From assembly GCA_905178155.1 (NCBI GenBank), contig CAJINV010000007.1, positions 3,924,265 to 3,988,264 on the forward strand: 64,000 nt of DNA, read 5' to 3'. Made by a program: the position numbers and the translations under genes. The notes under the pieces were generated by a model. The model was not told the DNA's origin. It did not search any database and was given only the letters and a program-made list of their open reading frames with translations. This DNA is from Amoebophrya sp. A120. Its lineage: Eukaryota; Protista; Dinoflagellata. Shown here one piece after another: positions 63,101 through 64,000 of this stretch; position 1 is the first letter of the stretch; the number at the start of each line of letters is the position of its first letter.

Positions 63101-64000
63101 CGAGGTAACAGAGCAGCAGTATCTTCTCCAGCAACGTGTCCGCGATCAAGCAGGCCCAGGTGATGCAGTTAAGCTTCGCCGCCGTACCGCAAACCCGGAA
63201 AAAGCCGACATAACTACAAACATGAATGCAAATTAATCTGTCAAAAAATAATGCTTTAGTTTTTGTGCGCCACTAGCACTAGCTAATTAACTTTTTTTAA
63301 CTTGCATATCAACCTCGGGGATTATCCTCCTAGGAGAGCCGCAGGTGGATGCCGTCCGGGCAGGTTGCGAAGCCGGGCATCGTGGGGCTGCGCCAGTGCG
63401 TGAAAATTTTTTCTCTTTGGGGAAAACCGGGGTAGTGGGGACAGTTTTCCCTAACGTAACAAATAAACCATGGTGGCAGGTGGAATTTTCGGACGGCAGA
63501 CCGCGGCTCTTGGCGGGATTCCTCTGGTTCCGCCACTTCACAAACCTTGACGCCGAGTTCTCGGAGACCGCGGACGCCATGAAGAACGCTGCCGTGTACG
63601 TCAACGGCGTCCAGGTTGCCACGGTCACGACGGTGGACGCCGCCGCCACCCGGGGGCAATGGGTCAACTTCGACCCGCCAGTGTATGGTTCGAAAGTGCG
63701 CTTGGTGGCGGGGAGCGGCTCGACTGGCCGCCTCCGCTTTTGCGGGTTTCACTTGTACCTGAGCGCCGACGCCAGCCTTGCTAGCACCGCATCGCTGCAG
63801 CTGAGTGCTGTTTTGTTGTTATTGTTTCTTTTGGGTCTGAGCCAGGATACGGCCACATCAACGACGGACCCAAGGAATGTCAGCGGGTTCCGCGCCCTTC
63901 CACGCAACGTAGCCGCGGTGGACTTTGCCGCGCCGGCCTTCTATGGCCCCTGCCCCAACCAGGTGGAGAATCACCGGCTTCTGCCGACGAAGGAAGCGGA
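57181..64000 (+). CDS. Large secreted/surface protein with at least 5 F5/8C/fucolectin-like (galactose-binding fold) domains and Cys-rich PAN-like modules; runs off the window
   Basis: Hydrophobic N-terminus. Repeated unit (T.SS...PLRRPY...C......WW[EQ]V.F.D...R...GF..F...V[YH][VL][DN]G...G.WV......R.....CG[FL].L) near 57.4, 58.2, 58.8, 60.5 and 62.6 kb. YGPC...C...A....F.IG....CC..Y modules lie between. Fold assignment is by motif resemblance only. Confidence 0.7.
57482..57813. mobile_element. Introner, family A (332 bp, intact)
   Basis: About 50-bp imperfect TIR, TSD GGACC/GGATC. Removal gives RPYPD-HSPDL. Confidence 0.92.
60760..61120. mobile_element. Introner, family D/E
   Basis: TSD GTATC/GCATC. 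Removal gives TGY-LDSDDPMLGAQVYVDG. Confidence 0.85.
62749..63458. mobile_element. Introner, TACG.. family (710 bp)
   Basis: 50-bp TIR TACGTTAGGGAAAACTGTCCCCACTACC.CGGTTTTCCCCAAAGAGAAAA (1 mismatch), TSD ACAAA. Removal gives AASTN-KPWWQVEF. Confidence 0.95.

Noticed and set aside
1-64000. Alternative genetic code or frameshifting to explain the fragmented ORFs
   Set aside because: Frame breaks coincide with TIR/TSD-bounded inserts, and their removal restores frames under the standard code.
1-64000. Autonomous transposase, reverse transcriptase or recombinase gene for the introners
   Set aside because: No ORF with recognisable DDE, RT or tyrosine-recombinase motifs was seen. All elements are under 1.2 kb.

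Overview
Eukaryotic protist genomic DNA, most consistent with a parasitic dinoflagellate or syndinian such as Amoebophrya (inferred from gene and intron architecture, not from a database search). About 13 protein-coding genes, all on the + strand: a DSP-fold (pseudo)phosphatase, a PPPDE/DeSI peptidase, a lipocalin with a huge insert, a tandem Tudor/SH3-like protein, an EGF+TM2 membrane protein, a degenerate Arf-like GTPase, PP2C, RNase P/MRP RPP30, a large secreted F5/8C/fucolectin-like repeat protein, and several hypotheticals. The dominant signal is that most introns are not ordinary GT-AG introns. Over 30 are non-autonomous TIR transposon insertions (introners) from roughly 8 TIR families. 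They share one architecture: 5-bp target-site duplication (TSD), TA(T/C)...TIR...(A/G)TA, 5-bp TSD. Removing the element plus one TSD copy restores conserved reading frames. The window also holds an introner nested in an introner, long fold-back elements, a shared internal TGTCATGC motif, 15-bp-TSD (retro-type) insertions and an intergenic TIR element with a 109-bp tandem array. No transposase is visible. Gene models and all counts were built by eye.
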